DNA of 56,685 nt from Catajapyx aquilonaris (taxonomy: Eukaryota), in contig KZ538646.1 in assembly GCA_000934665.2 (NCBI GenBank), forward strand, positions 1-56,685, in the 5' to 3' direction. Below are positions 51,613 to 56,685 of the stretch, piece after piece. Position numbers and translations under genes: made by a program. Numbering within the stretch: the first letter of the stretch is position 1; each line of letters starts with the position of its first letter. The notes beneath the pieces were generated by a model, which worked only from the letters and a program-made list of their open reading frames with translations, did not search any database and was not told the DNA's origin.

Positions 51613-52177
51613 CAAGGGCGAATCAAAAAGTAATTCAAAAACGGTTTCAATTTCAAAGCTTCACCACAGTACAGAAACTAAAACTTAACATTTACTCGAG
51701 AAAGGGAATGTCTTTCTCTAACTTTAAACAGCCACCATATAGCCTAAACATTGATGCACTTGTCCCACCAGGACACTAGTATTTCCTTGCCACGCTTGAC
51801 AGAAAAAAGTGTCAAGCTGGCCAGTCACAATCGACCTCTTTCACTTCCTCGTTCTGTTTCTGAAGTGCTGACTAGTCAGGTGATTCTTCATTGGTATGAC
51901 ATGATGATCTTAACCAGGTCTACCATCTCTTCGGAGTAAAAAAGAAGTACTGCCTTGGCAAGACCTCAGCAATGAGAGAGTGAAAGAGGCCATCCGCCAC
52001 TGGCTTCCAAGCCAGCCTGATGCTTTTTTTCTGTGGGCAAGGAAAAGCTATGTCTATGGTGATGATGTCTAAAATTAGAGAAAGACTTGCCCTTTCACAT
52101 GCAGTTGTCAAGTTTTAGTTTCGGCAGTGAAACTTCAGAATTTAAAGAGTTGTGAATTACTTTTTGATTCGCTCTTG
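51613..52177. mobile_element. Internally deleted mariner element
   Basis: TA|caagggcgaatcaaaaagtaatt ... aattactttttgattcgctcttg|TA; - strand LVSWWDKCIN resembles the mariner C-terminus. Confidence 0.75.
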
Positions 52178-52928
52178 TAATATAATCCTAGCAAAGGATG
52201 ACGATTTCAGCAAATCTCTCATACAATTCTCAAGGTTGGTATTTAATTTATGTAACAAATTTCATTATTAAATCAGCCTGATAGCATAGCTGTCCAGTAG
52301 TACTTGAATTTCTCGTTTTTCCAGCGATCCTTCTCAAAATTAATTTACGAACTTATATATGAAGAAAATTGTTTCCAACACATGCATTGTGTAGAGCATG
52401 AATATGTAAGTGTAGCTGTTATTATTTGTAAAATGTCTTGTCCTTATCTTCGGAGTACATGTTAGCAAAAATCTAGACGATTGCAGTACAGCTGGTATTC
52501 TGCGGTCGAGTTCTCATCCCTAGATTCTAGGTGAAGGAGGGCAACAAGGTTAAATGTCCCAAGAATGATTTGGGTCAGATGGTAAGCACTTCTCCCAAGC
52601 TCGGTTTAGCTCTCAAAAAAATTTGAAAATTAGGAAAATCAAGCATTGGTAGGCCACATAGGTGCCTCCCCCACTTGTTCCCCAACACAAAAACCTCAGT
52701 AGGCCAGGTTAGTTATCCTAGGCACACCCACACACACTCGTAGGAGCACCATATAGTTTTCTCAGTCTCCATTCCACATTCCCACTTGCTAGTTTGTGCC
52801 AGTATTTCAGGTTTCACTAGCAATAGCACTAGTGTAACAATTTATTGCAGATTCCAGGATTACTGTCAAGCATAAGATTTCATTTCCTGACATTCAAACA
52901 CATGACAGACTGGAGCAAAGTATTCTAC

Positions 52929-53131
52929 CTGCGCCTTGTCTGGGGTACACCATAATGTCCAGCTTGTAGGATTCCAAAAGCACACTGGTAGCCCATTTTA
53001 AGGAGACACTTCACTGTCAGTTTCAGGACCATATTCTTCTTGAAGAATAACATGTGTCGTACATTCTCCAGGATTACAAAGCGGGGGCGATAGTATTCAC
53101 AATAACTCAAGAATGTCACAATCAGCGAGTT
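52929..53131 (-). CDS. DNMT1: DNMT1-family exon, motifs VI-VIII
   Basis: [24 protein letters not shown]...[18 protein letters not shown] borders in phase. Confidence 0.95.
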
Positions 53132-54273
53132 CTGAAATTAGAAAAATGGAAAAGTATATTTGAAAGTCAAAAAGCCTTCTTTCTTGCACACTAGTATGAT
53201 TAATTTGTAATACAGGGTGAAGGGAAACTCGCAGACAATCACCAGGTAGACTGATAGTTACTCATAAAACTAATATAGGGATGTGCAATTAGTTTTAGGC
53301 GTCAAAAGACAATCAAATATCAAATCCTGTCCGAGTAAGACACCCACGCAATTTGTAGTTTTTGCCTCATATTCCACCTTCCGGCCCTCTACACTTTAAC
53401 TCAGATATGCAGAGTGTCCCCTATAGGGGACACCAGTTGTTACAGTTTCATTTTTTGCGCAGGTTCTTCTGCTGCTAAAGAGCTGGCAGTAGTCAGGTGT
53501 GCTTCAGGAGAGTACCAGCTAACGCTACAAGTGCAAACCTGCTCAATGTTGCCTCAGAGTTTTAAGATACAGGTGTTTGAATTTTAACGTAGGAAATAAT
53601 GACTGCACCTCCACGTTCCGAAGACGATTAGTAATTAATTCTCGAATGTTGATTAGCATTATGAGTTATTTTTTGTTTGTAATACTTAGAAAAGTTATGA
53701 ATGATGACGTCGATGTGGAAATATAGGCGTATTTTTTACTTTCCTTGTCTGAGGGTGGCTTTCAAATCGGGTGTCCCCTATGAGGGACATTCGGCAAATG
53801 CACCACATGTGGATCGGCAAGTCAAGTACCGGTACTCTAGATAAGCTACTGTATGTGTGCGGATTTTGTGCTTTTTGTCAAACTGAATTTTTATGAATCC
53901 CTATTTTTAAAACGGGCAACTGGGTTACCATGGCAACCATCGTAGCTCTGGTAACCCATTGCCATGTACAATCGACATATACAATCAAACATACATGCAT
54001 ACAAACTTTCTCTTTTGGATACAATGAAACCTTTGTATAGCAGAATAGCACGGTGCCATAAAAATCGTAATTGACAAGTTTCCGCTGAAAATTACAATTT
54101 CCTAGTCATCAGCACCAAACGGGAAAGAGTGGAAGTGAACGCTGCAATGCCGCAAAGCATTGTGGGCAGAGGTGGCAGAGAGTGGGGGACATAGAGAATT
54201 GATAAAGTACCATTCACCTGGGACAACTCCTCCACAGGTAGGCGCACTACTTTTGAAACAATAATTGTAGATA

Positions 54274-54722
54274 TGTTAGGCTCAAACCCCTAAAACGGGC
54301 AGTGAGTGAAAAAAAAAAACAAGCATTTCCCTCAGGAACTGCTCATTTTAAAATGGGGAGAAGGCTTTTCTAACTACACAAAAATGTCAGGATGCGAAAT
54401 TAGTGTCGTGGCTGATTCAGAAAAAGCCCATTACATGATGCGGCAGTTTCTTGTTACACACCAGTGTTACCCACTATGCCATGTAGATAACAACAATAGG
54501 GTGATTTATTTGTAGCATCTACTTGGCATAGTGGCAAACAAGAAACTGCCACAGCGCGTTATGGACTCATTTTGTCCTGAAATTTTTGTGTAGTCGAGAA
54601 AAGCGTTTCGGGGTCTGGCCGTTTTGAAATGAACATTTCACAATCTGCCTGTTTTGAAAAGAGCATTCCGGGAAATGTTCCTTTTTTCGCTCAAGCCCTG
54701 TTTTCAGAGTTGGCACCTAACA
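54274..54722. mobile_element. Palindromic MITE with TGT...ACA ends and 4-bp TSD (Ginger-like)
   Basis: gata|tgttagg ... cctaaca|gata; imperfect inverted arms throughout (cttttctaactacacaaaaat versus atttttgtgtagtcgagaaaag). Confidence 0.55.
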
Positions 54723-54800
54723 GATACACCCTTCTTCGAGGGAAGAGTTCAATTAATAAAATCTCACGGTAATTAAACTGTTTCCTTGTGCTCTACTAAC

Positions 54801-54932
54801 CTTGAAGGCTGAGTACTCGTTGCCATTATACCTATTCATTTCACTGAATCCCTGACAAGGAGGGCCTCCCACAATGAGGTCCACTTCTCCCTTCTGCGGC
54901 AACATTTTTCCTGCACTGCAGGTCCGTTTTCC
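54801..54932 (-). CDS. DNMT1: DNMT1-family exon, catalytic motif IV
   Basis: ttgtag|GGA and AAG|gttagt; [26 protein letters not shown]; catalytic Pro-Cys intact; 66-nt upstream intron. Confidence 0.95.
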
Positions 54933-54998
54933 CTACAACAAAAGAATGTCCTTTAAGTGGTCACTGGGCTAACTGAAAACCTGGAGAGTATGCCTCAC

Positions 54999-55271
54999 CT
55001 CTATGACCAGCTTGAGAATGTCATTGCAGTCAGCAGTAAAGACAATGGTGCTGGGGTGGTTTTTTTGAAAGGCGCAAGCAACATTGTTCTCCTTCTCTAT
55101 CGCCCACATCGTCTCGGCAACGCCGGACCTTTGCAATCCCTCTGACAACCCTCCACACCCAGCAAATAAGTCGAGGCACTTCAGCTTTCGAACTCTCGGC
55201 CACTCCTCAAGCGATGGTTTGCAGCCAATGGGGTTGGCCTCGTTGATTATATTTTTACCACTTCTCTCTCT
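54999..55271 (-). CDS. DNMT1: DNMT1-family DNA (cytosine-5)-methyltransferase exon, motifs I-III
   Basis: ttttcag|AGA and GAG|gtgagg; KLKCLDLFAGCGGLSEGL (SAM-binding FxGxG), WAIE, VFTADCNDILK. Upstream regulatory-domain exons were not found in the window. Confidence 0.93.
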
Positions 55272-56355
55272 CTGAAAATAAAAGCATTTTAAAACATGAA
55301 ATATGAATGATAGGGTAAACTGCATAGTGATTGCCAGTTTAGCGTATTGGTCAGATTAATGCATGAATACCATCAGAATTTCTTTCTGCATAAATTTTCT
55401 AAAATGTTTATCTAATAACAGAGGATTTGCTAGTTCACATTCCATCAAATTCATTTAAATCTGTCAGCATGTGTGCGTATATTTAAATACACGAAATATA
55501 CTGCCTCAAAGACAGTAATGGTCACTCCTACAAATGATAAATAATGGCCAGGTGCCAAGATAGTGATGGTCATGGCAGCAAAACAATAGGATATCTACAG
55601 TAGGAACCTAAGGACAGTAGGGACCATTGGTATTGGGACCGTATGCGTAACTGACACGAGATAAATCCACACAAGAGCATGCAGGATGTAGAAACTGGCC
55701 GTCACTGTATGGTTTATCCTACATGAACAGCAGGTCTGTTTGTGAGGTGCCATTACTGCTCTTGCAATGACCTCAGTGGATTGATTTGCGACCTAGTTCA
55801 AGCCAAGGGTTCCAGGTGTCACAACATGCCGAACATGGTCACTTTTTCATGGTATGGCATTTACGTGGCTTATCTCTTAAAGAACCAAGACACAGTGGGC
55901 CACCACTGTAGGGCGGGCCATAATGTTACCCTACCCTACCTATAGATTTTCAGTGTCACTTATTAGCTTCGAGGATTTACAAGTGCACTTGTCCATCATA
56001 ACTAGAGGCATGTCTGCATAACTTTAAACACTAAAATAGGATTCCCCCCCCCCCCNCTCTCCAAAACAGTTCACTGTGACTCATAGATACGAGGTAAGCG
56101 GCAAAAGTTTCCAGCCTGACTGTGTTCCAGGGGTGATAGAAATGAAACAACTAGTGTCAGGTAGTCCGAACTATGAGCAGAGGAACGTACAAGCAGGGTT
56201 GTGAACTGAACCGAACCGAACCCTTGCTCTGTGAACCCGATAACATCAGAGCCACTCCAGAGCAGTGCAGCCAGGTCCGGAGCGAGTGGCGGAGCTTGGT
56301 TCGGGTACGAGCCGGTTCGGGGGGAGAGTGGAGCCTAGGTCGGAGCGGGTCCAGA

Positions 56356-56427
56356 GTTTGGTTGGGAGCTTGCCAGCTTGGTCCGGTGTTTGGTTGGGAG
56401 CTTGCCAGCTTGGTCCGGTGTTTGGTT
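56356..56427. repeat. 32-bp tandem duplication in a GC-rich repeat
   Basis: gtttggttgggagcttgccagcttggtccggt twice, plus an 8-bp partial copy. Confidence 0.9.
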
Positions 56428-56442
56428 CGGGCCAGCGCCTCC

Positions 56443-56600
56443 TTAGCGCCGCAGCCTTCCACCTCTAAGGTCCCGAGTTCGATCCCCGGGTCGGACGGAG
56501 GATACTTATATGGATAGAGTTTCGATGGGTTCTCTCCGTGTTCGCGTGGGTTTTCTCGGGGTTCTCCCGTTTCCTCCCACTATCAAAATCCATCACATTA
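56443..56600 (+). mobile_element. tRNA-derived SINE with V-SINE-like central domain
   Basis: B-box gagttcgatccc, then gttctctccgtgttcgcgtgggttttctcggggttctcccgtttcctcccac, close to the V-domain consensus as I recall it. Confidence 0.65.
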
Positions 56601-56685
56601 CAGGCAAATGATTAAAGTCGGGTATTCAAAACATGATCCCCTAAGAGGCCCAAGGGGCCTATCACGGAGTATCCATTAACATACC

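Noticed and set aside
32368..55271. Bacterial restriction-modification or horizontally acquired C5 methyltransferase
   Set aside because: Spliceosomal introns and a DNMT1-specific large TRD (PGSDWRDLPN, LIPWC) show it is a eukaryotic DNMT1.
56196..56430. CRISPR-like short repeats
   Set aside because: The 32-bp copies are directly adjacent with no spacers, the context is eukaryotic, and there are no cas genes.
55272..56685. Absence of the DNMT1 (GK)n linker and BAH exons
   Set aside because: I could not identify an upstream exon in the remaining 1.4 kb; introns here reach 9 kb, so these exons probably lie outside the window and loss cannot be claimed.

Overview
Eukaryotic (invertebrate, arthropod-like) genomic DNA with two convergent multi-exon genes, both missing their 5' ends, in repeat-rich sequence. 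(1) On the + strand, 386-23069 is the 3' part of an immunoglobulin-superfamily type I membrane protein: six Ig-like domains, a transmembrane helix and a long cytoplasmic tail with tyrosine motifs, a His12 tract and a C-terminal EIDV. It is neuromusculin-like by recollection only. Fourteen GT-AG exons join in frame (about 1038 aa visible), and I found extra candidate cassette exons. (2) On the - strand, 55271-32368 holds eight exons (1500 nt, 499 aa plus stop) encoding the whole C5-methyltransferase domain of a DNMT1-family enzyme. Its catalytic motifs are intact, but residues in the catalytic loop and the hemimethyl-CpG recognition pocket differ from canonical DNMT1. Introns and the intergenic region hold three tRNA-derived SINE families (one with a V-SINE-like core), a full-length decayed Tc1 element with 248-bp TIRs, and many MITEs (Tc1/mariner, pogo, piggyBac, Harbinger, hAT, Ginger-like). 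There is no CRISPR array, rRNA or intact tRNA. All exon models were read by eye from splice signals and frame continuity, with no transcript or database evidence.
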